Assembly (NCBI GenBank): GCA_028716745.1
Contig: JAQUPE010000002.1
Location: 29,819-93,818, forward strand
Source of the DNA: Minisyncoccota bacterium
GTDB taxonomy: Bacteria > Patescibacteriota > Minisyncoccia > UBA6257 > 02-FULL-45-10c
Reading direction: 5' to 3'
DNA length: 64,000 bases
Shown: positions 55,497 to 64,000 of the stretch, in pieces
How positions within the stretch are numbered: the first letter of the stretch is position 1
Layout of the letters: each line of letters opens with the position of its first letter
Position numbers and translations under genes: made by a program
Notes under the pieces: generated by a model
Databases searched by the model: none
What the model saw: the letters and a program-made list of their open reading frames with translations, nothing else
Told to the model about the DNA's origin: nothing

Positions 55497-57230
55497 CTAC
55501 TCAACTGTGTATTTTATCCTTCTGGCTCCCGCGCCCACCGCCTCCTGCTTTAAAATCTTAAACTTCCCTATCTTCAAAGTATTATCAACATGCGGGCCGC
55601 CGCAAAATTCAACGCTAAACGGATGCTTTTCGTCGCCGATAAAATAAACTCTGACTATTTCGGGATATTTCTGCTTAAAAAAAGCCAAAGCTCCGGCCAT
55701 TTTGGCCTGTTCTTGGGGCATTTCTTTAAAATAAACCGGCAAATCTTTTTCTATAGCCTCATTTACTATTCCGCCAATCTTCGCTAATTCTTCTTCGGTT
55801 AATTTCCTGCTAAAAGAAAAATCGAATCTGGCACGCTCGGCATTTATATCCGAGCCCATCTGATGGACCTCCGGTCCAAGAACGTCTCTGAGGGCTTTTT
55901 GAAGCAAATGAGTCGTTGTATGAAGCCTGACAACCTTGTCCATTTCCTCTTCTGAGCCCGCTTTAAGCTCTCCCGTATCCATTAATAAACCGTGGCCGCC
56001 GAATTTCTTTTCAACGCCGGCACGGGAAATTTCCTGATGTTTTTTAAACTCATCGTCAAAATCCGCTTTATTTATATTTTTAATTTTCGCCGGCACTAAT
56101 TCCTCCAATAATTCAAACGGCAATCCAAATGTTTCATATATATAGAAGGCGTCTTTGGCGGTAATTTCTTTATAATTCTCAATTTCTTTCAATCCGTTAG
56201 CTAGCGCTTTTTCAAACTTGCTTTTCTCTTCAAGCCAAACATTTAATATTTCTTTTGTATTTTTTACTTCCGGATAGCTCTTGCCGAATTTATCGCTAAT
56301 TTCTTCAACAGCCAAAGTAAATAAGTCTGCATGAATATCATATTTTATTCCGTAAACTAAAATCCGGCGGAGCAATCTCCTCAAAACATATCCTGCTTCT
56401 TTATTTAACGGCCTTACACCGTCGGCAATTATAAAAATACTGGCTCGCAAATGATCCGCTAAAATTCTTACAACTTTAGTTTCCAAGCTTCCGCTGGATT
56501 CCCTAATTTTAGAAATTAAAGAATGAAACAAATCAGTTTCATATACATCCGGCACTCCCTGCAACATCACGGTCAATCTTTCAAAACCCATCCCCGTATC
56601 AATTCCCTGAACTTTTAATTTTTCCAATGATTTATCAGATTTTTGATAGTATTCGTTAAAAACAATATTCCACACTTCAACTCCGTCTACATAAATTTCC
56701 GTCGTCGGTCCGCAAGGACCTTCGTTGCCGGTCGGTCCCCAAAAATTGTCTTTTCTTCCAGCCTTTTTTATTTTATCTACCGGAATACCAATTTCTTTGT
56801 GCCAAATTTCAAAAGATTCTTTATCTTCAGGAACTCCTTTTTCCCCCTCAAATATAGAAACCGTAATCCTGTCTGGATTAATCCCTAAAATTTCAACAAT
56901 GAATTCATATCCCCAATGAATTGCCTCCTTCTTCCAATATCCACCGAAAGAAAAATTACCCAGCATTTCAAAAAATGTCAGATGTGTTGCATCGCCCACC
57001 TCGTCAATGTCCGATGTCCTTACACATTTCTGGACAGAGGTTGCGTTTTTAGAGCCAAAATCCTTTATCGGATCGGCTTTGCCCGTATAATACGGCTTAA
57101 ATTGCTGCATTCCGGCTGTAGTAAAAAGCACCGACGGATCATCGGGAACTAAGGACGAAGACGGCACAATCGCGTGCCCCTTCTCCTTAAAAAACTCTAA
57201 AAACTTTTTACGAATTTCTTCTGATTTCAT
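55497..57230 (-). CDS. alaS: Alanine--tRNA ligase (lacks the C-Ala domain)
   Basis: FTTAGMQQFK, HLTFFEMLGNFSFG, GPCGP, IDTGMG, editing motifs HTTTH and CGGPH. Confidence 0.97.
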   Translation of the reverse strand: MKSEEIRKKFLEFFKEKGHAIVPSSSLVPDDPSVLFTTAGMQQFKPYYTGKADPIKDFGSKNATSVQKCVRTSDIDEVGDATHLTFFEMLGNFSFGGYWKKEAIHWGYEFIVEILGINPDRITVSIFEGEKGVPEDKESFEIWHKEIGIPVDKIKKAGRKDNFWGPTGNEGPCGPTTEIYVDGVEVWNIVFNEYYQKSDKSLEKLKVQGIDTGMGFERLTVMLQGVPDVYETDLFHSLISKIRESSGSLETKVVRILADHLRASIFIIADGVRPLNKEAGYVLRRLLRRILVYGIKYDIHADLFTLAVEEISDKFGKSYPEVKNTKEILNVWLEEKSKFEKALANGLKEIENYKEITAKDAFYIYETFGLPFELLEELVPAKIKNINKADFDDEFKKHQEISRAGVEKKFGGHGLLMDTGELKAGSEEEMDKVVRLHTTTHLLQKALRDVLGPEVHQMGSDINAERARFDFSFSRKLTEEELAKIGGIVNEAIEKDLPVYFKEMPQEQAKMAGALAFFKQKYPEIVRVYFIGDEKHPFSVEFCGGPHVDNTLKIGKFKILKQEAVGAGARRIKYTVE

Positions 57231-57231
57231 A

Positions 57232-58278
57232 TTATTCTTTTTCTTCCACTATTTCCGGCGCGGCTAAAATTTGCGGCTCTATGCCCGCGGCCCTGCCCGT
57301 TATTTTTAATACATCTTTATCTATCTTGGCAAATTCTTTATAGGCATGATTATACATACTCACGGTAGTTCCCAAATTTTTTCCCATCCTTTCCATATAA
57401 TCTTCGTAGCTTCCTAAATGCTTTCCTAAATTTTCAACCTGTTTGATAATCTCTTTCGCCTGCTCCGAAATCTTCTGATTTTTCAGCCCCTGTAAAACCG
57501 TCTGCAAATAAGCCAAAAAAGAAGTCGGCGAAACAACAATTACTTTTTTCTGTCCAGCATAATTTATCAGATTTCTTGTATCATCGGTCACCGCCCCGAT
57601 TTTATTTATAAGCAAATCATAATAAACCGCCTCGGATGGAATAAACATAAAAGCGAAATCCATCGTATCTTCTTCCGGTTTAACATATTTAGAAGTTTCA
57701 TCTATGCGGTTTTTCAAATCCCCCACAAAAGCTTTTTCATATCTTTCTTTTTCCGCCGGCTCGCGCGCCTCCAGAATCCTGTTATAGTTTTCCAAGCTGA
57801 ATTTTGAATCTATAGGAATTATTCTTTTATCAATCTTAACTACTGCATCGACAATAACTCCATTTTTAAAAGGATATTGCATTTCATAAGAGCCCGGAGG
57901 CAAAACATTTTTTAAAACGGTTTCTAAATAATATTCCCCTAAAATTCCCCTCTGTTTCGGATTTTTAAGAATATCCTGAAGATTTTTTAATTGATCGGCG
58001 AAATTAACAACTTGCCTATTTGTCTCGTCCAACTTAGTTAATTTTTCCGTAACATCACGGACAATTTTCACGCTCTCGCCGAATTGCTTCTGAATCGCCT
58101 GTGTCATCTCTCCCTTGCTGGAATCCAAGCTCCTGGTTATTTCGTGAAGCTGATTTTGTAAAAGCATCATCGCTGAATCATCGGCTGGCTTTTTCTCATT
58201 CTGAGTCTTCAAATACCAAAAAATACCGGCAAATCCGGCAACCATAGCCACTAAAATAACGATTAAAAGAGTCGTCAT
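57232..58278 (-). CDS. rmuC: DNA recombination protein RmuC
   Basis: NPKQRGILGE, PIDSKF, DFAFMFIPSE, VSPT. Confidence 0.92.
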   Translation of the reverse strand: MTTLLIVILVAMVAGFAGIFWYLKTQNEKKPADDSAMMLLQNQLHEITRSLDSSKGEMTQAIQKQFGESVKIVRDVTEKLTKLDETNRQVVNFADQLKNLQDILKNPKQRGILGEYYLETVLKNVLPPGSYEMQYPFKNGVIVDAVVKIDKRIIPIDSKFSLENYNRILEAREPAEKERYEKAFVGDLKNRIDETSKYVKPEEDTMDFAFMFIPSEAVYYDLLINKIGAVTDDTRNLINYAGQKKVIVVSPTSFLAYLQTVLQGLKNQKISEQAKEIIKQVENLGKHLGSYEDYMERMGKNLGTTVSMYNHAYKEFAKIDKDVLKITGRAAGIEPQILAAPEIVEEKE

Positions 58279-58307
58279 ACTGAAATTATATCAGAAACTT
58301 TCTCAAT

Positions 58308-58889
58308 TTACTTCTTCCCCGCCTCTCTCATATTTATCATCAGCTCAGCTTTGCCCATATTCAATTCCTTGCCGGTATTTATTCCCAAGCCTTTAATAAA
58401 GCTTCTTATTTCTTCCTTAATTCCGAATATTGCCGAATCCGATCCGGCGATATAATTGCTTTGCACTTCCAAAAACAATCCCAAATCTTTTACGTCCTCA
58501 AAAACAATTTCATATTTATCTGTTTTAAAAACATGCTTTTCGCTATCCACTACAATCAGCTGTTTGAGGCCTAAATGCTTGATTGTCTCAAGCGCCATCT
58601 TATAATCCGACGCCTCATATTCATATTCGTCCGAATAAAGCCAGGTATCGGTATTGGCCACAAAATGGTCTACCTTATAAGTAATAAGCGCTTTGTCGCC
58701 TTTTCTCCTGGCCCTGAAACATTCATTAAGCCGGTTTAAATGATCGGGCTTTAAATTATTTCTTACCGGATCATAAAAATAAGTATCAACAACTTTTTCA
58801 ACTCCAACAAAGAAAAACTTCTTAAGCGCCTGCAATGCGCTCTTCTTGCTGTCTAAAACCGGAACTAAAACTTCTATTTCTTTTGCCAT
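58308..58889 (-). CDS. CYTH domain protein (class IV adenylate cyclase-like)
   Basis: EIEV, DTYF, R.R, ITYK, EYE, DVKDLGLFLEV. Confidence 0.8.
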   Translation of the reverse strand: MAKEIEVLVPVLDSKKSALQALKKFFFVGVEKVVDTYFYDPVRNNLKPDHLNRLNECFRARRKGDKALITYKVDHFVANTDTWLYSDEYEYEASDYKMALETIKHLGLKQLIVVDSEKHVFKTDKYEIVFEDVKDLGLFLEVQSNYIAGSDSAIFGIKEEIRSFIKGLGINTGKELNMGKAELMINMREAGKK

Positions 58890-58896
58890 TAAATTA

Positions 58897-59580
58897 TTAT
58901 TCCAATTCCGTTAACGCTTTTTTGGCCGCCTCTACTTCGGCGTCCTGTTTTGATTCCCCTCTGCCTTCGGCAATAAGCTTATCTTTTAAATAAACGCCTA
59001 CTGTAAAAACCTTGCTGTGATCAGGGCCTGTTTCGGCCAAAGTTTTATAAATCGGCGTTACTTTCATTTCTTCCTGTGTTTTTTCCTGAAGCAGACTTTT
59101 TGCGTCTCTATATAACTTTTTTTCTATAACCTCTTTAAGTTTCGGCATTATGAACTTATCAATAAATTTCTTAGCCGCATCATATCCGCCATCCAAATAA
59201 ATCGCGCCGATCAGCGCCTCGCAGGCATTAGCCAAAATAACATCGCGCGCTCTGCCTTTATCTTTAGCCTCTCCCCTGGAAAGCAATAAATATTTTTCCA
59301 AACCGATATCTTTCGCCACCACGGACATCATCAAATAATTCACCAACGCCGCTCGGTATGTGGTCAAAGTTCCCTCTTCAAAATTAGGAAAGTTTAAAAA
59401 TAAGTTTTCTGTTGTCGCCAATTCTAAAACCGCATCCCCTAAAAATTCCATGCGCTCATTATTAGACACCTTCCATTTAGGGTTCTCATTAAGATAAGAA
59501 CGGTGAGTCAGCGCTTCTTTCAATAAATTTCCGTTCTTAAATTTATAACTGATTTTATTTTCTAATTTTTCGGTTTCCAT
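58897..59580 (-). CDS. rnc: Ribonuclease III
   Basis: ALTHRS, NERMEFLGDAVL, EALIGAIYLD, dsRBD. Confidence 0.97.
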   Translation of the reverse strand: METEKLENKISYKFKNGNLLKEALTHRSYLNENPKWKVSNNERMEFLGDAVLELATTENLFLNFPNFEEGTLTTYRAALVNYLMMSVVAKDIGLEKYLLLSRGEAKDKGRARDVILANACEALIGAIYLDGGYDAAKKFIDKFIMPKLKEVIEKKLYRDAKSLLQEKTQEEMKVTPIYKTLAETGPDHSKVFTVGVYLKDKLIAEGRGESKQDAEVEAAKKALTELE

Positions 59581-60074
59581 TATTCCTTTTTCTTATCTTC
59601 CGATTCTTTTTCCTTATCTTCGTTCTTTTTTTCTTTCGGCTTATCGTCTTTTCCCGGCTCGCCCAATTCTCTGTAAATAGTTCCCAAAACTCCGTTAATA
59701 AACTTGCCTGAATTTATTCCTCCATAATTTTTTGCAATTTCTATAGCTTCATTAATCGCAACCTTCGGAGGCACTTCCGCACGATCCGCATACAAAAGCT
59801 CATAAAGCCCGATACGCAAAGCGTTCCTATCTACTATAGAAATCTGTTCCAGCGGCCACTCCGGAGCAGCCTTCCTTATAACATTATCTATATCCTCTTT
59901 ATGCTCAATTATCCCCTTAACCAATTTCCACGCAAATTCAGGCTCGTCTATTCCCGGCCCGAACTCCTGTAAGTTGCGCTCAACAATTTTAGCCAAATCC
60001 GCCTTTTGGTTTTGAAAGTCCCATTCATATAAGGACTGAAGGATTATAGATCTGACCAATTGTCGAGTAGCCAT
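59580..60074 (-). CDS. nusB: Transcription antitermination factor NusB
   Basis: [28 protein letters not shown]. Confidence 0.95.
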   Translation of the reverse strand: MATRQLVRSIILQSLYEWDFQNQKADLAKIVERNLQEFGPGIDEPEFAWKLVKGIIEHKEDIDNVIRKAAPEWPLEQISIVDRNALRIGLYELLYADRAEVPPKVAINEAIEIAKNYGGINSGKFINGVLGTIYRELGEPGKDDKPKEKKNEDKEKESEDKKKE

Positions 60075-60077
60075 AGT

Positions 60078-60236
60078 TTATTTCTTATAAGTCTTGCATT
60101 TTCCGCAAGCCCTATGCGATAAAACTGGAGCTTTGCAATTTGAGCAAACAGAAAGCTTTACTTTCTTTAAGGCCAAATGCGAACGGCTCCGTCCTACCTT
60201 GGATTTTGAACGATGTTTTACTGGTACTCCACCCAT
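60078..60236 (-). CDS. rpmF: 50S ribosomal protein L32 (not in the ORF track)
   Basis: Hand-translated MGGVPVKHRSKSKVGRSRSHLALK...CSNC...HRACGKCKTYKK. Confidence 0.93.
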   Translation of the reverse strand: MGGVPVKHRSKSKVGRSRSHLALKKVKLSVCSNCKAPVLSHRACGKCKTYKK

Positions 60237-60267
60237 AGTTTTTAATGTTAATTCAATTAGAAGAATA

Positions 60268-60855
60268 TCATAAATTTTTCAGAAAGGTCAAACGATGAAT
60301 TTTTAAAGGACCATGTTTCTTGATTATCTTAATATGATGCTTGGTTCCATATCCCTTATGCATATCAAACCCGTATTTTTTAAACTTTTCGGCATATTTT
60401 TCTAATAAGCCGTCTCTATCGACTTTGGCCGCTATCGAAGCCAGTTTTATCGCTGTTATTTTTTCATCTCCTTTTATAATTGTCCGAGCCTTATATTTTT
60501 CCGAAACAAATAATCCTCCGTCAAGCAAAACTCTGCATTTTTTATAATTTAATTTATATGTGCCGAAAAGTTTTTCGAGAGACCGGTTTGCCGCCAAATT
60601 CGCCGCCTGTGAAATATTTATCTTATCTATAATATTCGGATAAACCCTTGAAACCGCGTAAAAAATTTGCGGGCATTTTTTAATATATTCCAGCCACTCT
60701 TCTCTTTGCTTAGCCGATAATTTTTTAGAATCTTTAAGACCGGTTTTTTTTATTTTTAAACCTTCCGGCAAAGCTAATGCGCAAACCGCCACCGGGCCCG
60801 CAAGCGGTCCTCTTCCAACCTCATCTATGCCGATAATATATTTTTTTGAAGACAT
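60268..60855 (-). CDS. rnhB: Ribonuclease HII
   Basis: GIDEVGRGPLAGP, DSKKL, LDG, KGD, ASIAAKV, HKGYGT. Confidence 0.96.
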   Translation of the reverse strand: MSSKKYIIGIDEVGRGPLAGPVAVCALALPEGLKIKKTGLKDSKKLSAKQREEWLEYIKKCPQIFYAVSRVYPNIIDKINISQAANLAANRSLEKLFGTYKLNYKKCRVLLDGGLFVSEKYKARTIIKGDEKITAIKLASIAAKVDRDGLLEKYAEKFKKYGFDMHKGYGTKHHIKIIKKHGPLKIHRLTFLKNL

Positions 60856-60916
60856 ATCTAATTTTAGCTTATTAAATCAAAAAGCTATTAATAAAAAGAA
60901 GTCTAAAAACAAAAAA

Positions 60917-61411
60917 TTAGTCCAGGGCCCTGGAGCTTACGGTTGTCTGAATATTGATAACCGGATTATTAAACTCAGGCGCGTTTGGCACTCCGATTTG
61001 CATAAAAATAGTTATCTTGGCCGGCGGAGCAGCCACTAAATTAAATTCCATTTTTTTAACCACGACATCCTCGGCGGTTATCTGCGCATCGTTTCTTTCT
61101 ATAAAATCTCCGTCCTGCTTATAGGTAACGCTCTCCCCGAAAGAATTGGTAAAGCTGATCTCTTGCGGATTTGCCGAAGAAAAACCGTAGCCCGTCCTCA
61201 TTTCGCGCGACATCTGCTCTATCGCCAGCTCCGCATTATTATCAGCCGCAATCAAAGCCGTGGTTACCCGCTGACTGCGCAAAGATCTGACAAAAACACC
61301 CGAAACAACGCTTATTACGGACAAAAACAAGGTAATTGCCACCAGCGTTTCCACCATGGTAAAACCTCCTCGCTTCAATAAAACTTTTTTATTTTTTAAA
61401 ATTTTATTCAT
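60917..61411 (-). CDS. Minor type IV pilin-like protein
   Basis: Class III signal G|FTMVE. Confidence 0.88.
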   Translation of the reverse strand: MNKILKNKKVLLKRGGFTMVETLVAITLFLSVISVVSGVFVRSLRSQRVTTALIAADNNAELAIEQMSREMRTGYGFSSANPQEISFTNSFGESVTYKQDGDFIERNDAQITAEDVVVKKMEFNLVAAPPAKITIFMQIGVPNAPEFNNPVINIQTTVSSRALD

Positions 61412-61916
61412 ATCGCCATCTGAAAAAATGATCTTCTAAAACGACCGAGAGCTTGTCCGATGCCGAGCCCCCTCTGCCAATCCAGCTGACCGTTGAAACA
61501 ACTTTTATTTCATCAACGCTGACATTTTCAATAGTAATTTTCCTGTCATATTTAGTCGGCTCTCCGTCGCTATAGTTATATCCCTCGTCTCCCGAAAACA
61601 TTAAAGTTCCGTTTCCGTTATATTCGTTTCCCGCTAAAGATTCGTCTTTATAATCTATTTTATAATCATCGTCTTCTATACCCTCGTTCCACGGACGGCT
61701 ATTAACTATATTTTTATCAACTAAATTTTTTATCAGCTCAATTCCTTCCGAAGATAAATTTGCGGCGATATATTTATCGGAAACAAAAACATTCAAACTC
61801 AAAGATTTTGAAACAAGAGAAAATACTCCGAGCAAGCCGACAATCGCAACTGTTAAGGCCACCATAGCCTCTATAATCACCTGTCCTTTTTGATTTTTAA
61901 AATTTATATTTTTCAT
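61404..61916 (-). CDS. Minor pilin-like protein (PilV-like)
   Basis: KG|QVIIEAMVAL followed by a hydrophobic helix. Confidence 0.8.
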   Translation of the reverse strand: MKNINFKNQKGQVIIEAMVALTVAIVGLLGVFSLVSKSLSLNVFVSDKYIAANLSSEGIELIKNLVDKNIVNSRPWNEGIEDDDYKIDYKDESLAGNEYNGNGTLMFSGDEGYNYSDGEPTKYDRKITIENVSVDEIKVVSTVSWIGRGGSASDKLSVVLEDHFFRWRYE

Positions 61917-62449
61917 CTTGAAGTGCTTACCTGGCCCGCGCTATTAATTTTAACTATAACCGGCGAAGATAATCCATCCTTGGTGTTAACTTCTATTTTC
62001 CTTGTATTTTCCCCGGGCTGATCAAAAACAGTTGTTGAATAAGGGAAAGTAAATACCACCTCATTTAATTCCAGCAAAGAAAACTTTGCTCTTTCATCCA
62101 ATTGATCTTCTTTAAAAGTAATCTCCTGCGCCGAATCGAATGGCGCAACGCAATCCTTGGTTTTGAAAATAATGAAGGTTCCGTTATCTTCGTCAAATTT
62201 TACCCCGTAACCGCAATATTTTTCGGCGCCATCAATAATTCCTAGTCCCTGAATCGACAATGCCTTAGCTCGCAGCACTGCATTAACTATTTTTGCCTGC
62301 TCCTTAATCAGAATAAGCTGCTTCTCTCCGCCGCGATTATAAACAATCAAAATAGCGGATAAGGCCATCAATACTCCTGCCGTCACCAATGTTTCAATCA
62401 AAGTAAATCCTTTTTCTCGGTTATTTTTAAACATTTGTCTTACCTTCAT
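61913..62449 (-). CDS. Minor type IV pilin-like protein
   Basis: KG|FTLIE; the true start may be the ATG at 62434. Confidence 0.85.
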   Translation of the reverse strand: MKVRQMFKNNREKGFTLIETLVTAGVLMALSAILIVYNRGGEKQLILIKEQAKIVNAVLRAKALSIQGLGIIDGAEKYCGYGVKFDEDNGTFIIFKTKDCVAPFDSAQEITFKEDQLDERAKFSLLELNEVVFTFPYSTTVFDQPGENTRKIEVNTKDGLSSPVIVKINSAGQVSTSR

Positions 62450-62502
62450 TATAGTAAAAAATACGCCGCATTAAAACGGCGCTCTATGAAATGTAAAAAC
62501 AT

Positions 62503-63378
62503 TTAAAAAATATTGAAAATTCTGAAATACCCGCCCAAAATCGTCTGGCCGAAAAATATAACCAATAATGACCCGGAAACCAATAATGGACCGAAAGGCA
62601 CCGCTTCCTTTATCCCCTTTATTCCCCTGATTATCAAAAATATTCCCAAAATTGCGCCTAAAATAAAGGCGAAAATTAAAACAAATAGAATGTCCGGCCA
62701 GCCGAAAATAAGTCCAAGAGCTAACACAAGCTTTAGATCGCCCATTCCCATTCCTCGTCCGCGAGTCAAAAGAATAATCAATCCGACAATAACTAAAGCT
62801 ACTGCAACACCAAATAAATGATTAATCCAGATATTTTCCCTAAAACCGAAAAGCATTGCATAATTTTTTATGAAAGAGCCCATCATTGTTCCAAATTGAT
62901 GAAAATGATACTCAACATAAGTTAAAGCCGCTCCGAGAATTCCCAAAAAAACATTCAGCTCGTCCGGTATGATATAAAAACGATAATCAATAAGCCAAAC
63001 CAACAGCAAAGAAAGCATTATTAAAATCCAAAGCCCTCCGGCAAGCCAGACAAAAGTTGCCGGGATAAAAACGCTTTTAATAAAAATAGCCGGAAAAACA
63101 AATATTAGTCCGCTAGCAAGTTCCACCAAAAAATATTGCCAAGAAAGCTTTACGGCGCACCCCCTGCATTTTCTTTTTTGAATTACAAAACTTAATAATG
63201 GGATTAATTCATACCATTTCAATTGCTTCTGGCAAGACATGCATTTTGATCGTCCCCTAAGCCTTTTGAGGCAAAATAAATTTTCCTCAGGCGAATAGCG
63301 AAAAATTACAACATTTAAAAAACTTCCGATTATTAATCCGAAAACAAACAGGATTACATATAACAAAGTCGTAGACAT
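62503..63378 (-). CDS. pilD: Prepilin peptidase
   Basis: GSFLNVVIFR, CMSC/CRGC, LIDY..IIPD, GMGDLKL, PFGP. Confidence 0.95.
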   Translation of the reverse strand: MSTTLLYVILFVFGLIIGSFLNVVIFRYSPEENLFCLKRLRGRSKCMSCQKQLKWYELIPLLSFVIQKRKCRGCAVKLSWQYFLVELASGLIFVFPAIFIKSVFIPATFVWLAGGLWILIMLSLLLVWLIDYRFYIIPDELNVFLGILGAALTYVEYHFHQFGTMMGSFIKNYAMLFGFRENIWINHLFGVAVALVIVGLIILLTRGRGMGMGDLKLVLALGLIFGWPDILFVLIFAFILGAILGIFLIIRGIKGIKEAVPFGPLLVSGSLLVIFFGQTILGGYFRIFNIF

Positions 63379-63400
63379 TATTTAGTGATTTAATTCTGAA

Positions 63401-63856
63401 TTACAAAGAAACGCAAAAATTCGGGGCAGTACACGGAGCATAGGCCGCGCATTTCGGAGTCGTCTCACTGTCATTAAAAAGCGGATCATTGGCATCAGTA
63501 GTATCAAGCGTTGCCCTTAAGGTATAGCTCTGTTCGCTGTCACAAGCTATGTAATCATAGGCAGTTTCAGTTTTTGGATCCATAGGTACCTTGCTTATGC
63601 CCAGTCCCGCATCAGCTCCCGCAAGAATGGCATATCCCTCAACGGTCGTCGGATAAGAATTGTTTTTTGAATAATAAAGCTCCAAACCGTTTTGAATAGA
63701 CTTTAAATCCGCCACCCTTCTGGAATCTCTTCCTCGCGCTCTGAATCCGCTCAAACCGACTAAAAACACCGAAGCAAGCAATCCTATAATAGAAACAACT
63801 ACCAAGACTTCGATTAATGTGAATCCCTTCTGGCTTTTTAATGATTGTTTATGCAT
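63401..63856 (-). CDS. Type IV pilin / GspG-like protein
   Basis: KG|FTLIEVLVVVSIIGLLAS, RDSRRVADL, LELYY..YP, P.DP. Confidence 0.9.
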   Translation of the reverse strand: MHKQSLKSQKGFTLIEVLVVVSIIGLLASVFLVGLSGFRARGRDSRRVADLKSIQNGLELYYSKNNSYPTTVEGYAILAGADAGLGISKVPMDPKTETAYDYIACDSEQSYTLRATLDTTDANDPLFNDSETTPKCAAYAPCTAPNFCVSL

Positions 63857-63910
63857 ATTTATTAGAATTAAACCCGAACGACTTTTTACAATTAATAAAA
63901 TTATAACATA

Positions 63911-64000
63911 TTAGAATTTCTGGACCAAGCTGTAAATTGGTAATAAGACTGCGGCAAACAATAATCCGACGCCGACGCCGATAATTACCATTAATATAGG
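63911..64000 (-). CDS. pilC: C-terminus of a PilC/GspF family platform protein (partial)
   Basis: Hand-translated PILMVIIGVGVGLLFAAVLLPIYSLVQKF*. Confidence 0.8.
   Translation of the reverse strand, partial: PILMVIIGVGVGLLFAAVLLPIYSLVQKF

Overview
64 kb of a low-GC bacterial chromosome using genetic code 11 (TGA is read as stop, e.g. in dnaX and rnhB). Gene content and style point to a Patescibacteria/CPR (Parcubacteria-like) genome, which is an inference: shortened core proteins, SD-less AU-rich or leaderless starts, a type IV pilin cluster and giant secreted repeat proteins. Core content: RNase P RNA, tRNA-Gln(UUG), rnhA, pgk, mraY, scpAB, dnaX, typA, secA, raiA/hpf, tpiA, galT, mreBCD-PBP2, frr, holB, a second mreB, the infA-rpmJ-rpsM-rpsK-rpsD-rpoA-rplQ-rplM-rpsI block, alaS, rmuC, rnc, nusB, rpmF, rnhB and pilin/pilD genes. 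The most striking unexplained structure is at 36207-36507. A predicted ~90-nt small RNA with its own promoter and terminator has two single-stranded arms complementary (about 25 bp in total) to the loop of a bistable 5' leader directly upstream of raiA-secA, making a candidate sRNA-operated RNA switch. Other highlights: three tandem ~1420-aa secreted fibre/LVIVD-propeller paralogs with patchwork near-identical tracts; an operon of three stand-alone receiver domains (one canonical, two pseudo); a class of GC-richer orphan genes with consensus promoters and strong SD sites in an otherwise SD-less region; a 267-bp MITE-like palindromic element between the -10 box and ATG of an ABC-F gene; a short palindromic element inserted in-frame in RNase HI and also next to a duplicated tRNA 5' end; a HEPN/Abi-like islet; and an RpoA lacking its CTD. 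No CRISPR array, transposase, integrase or reverse transcriptase was seen. All calls come from reading the sequence; no searches were run.
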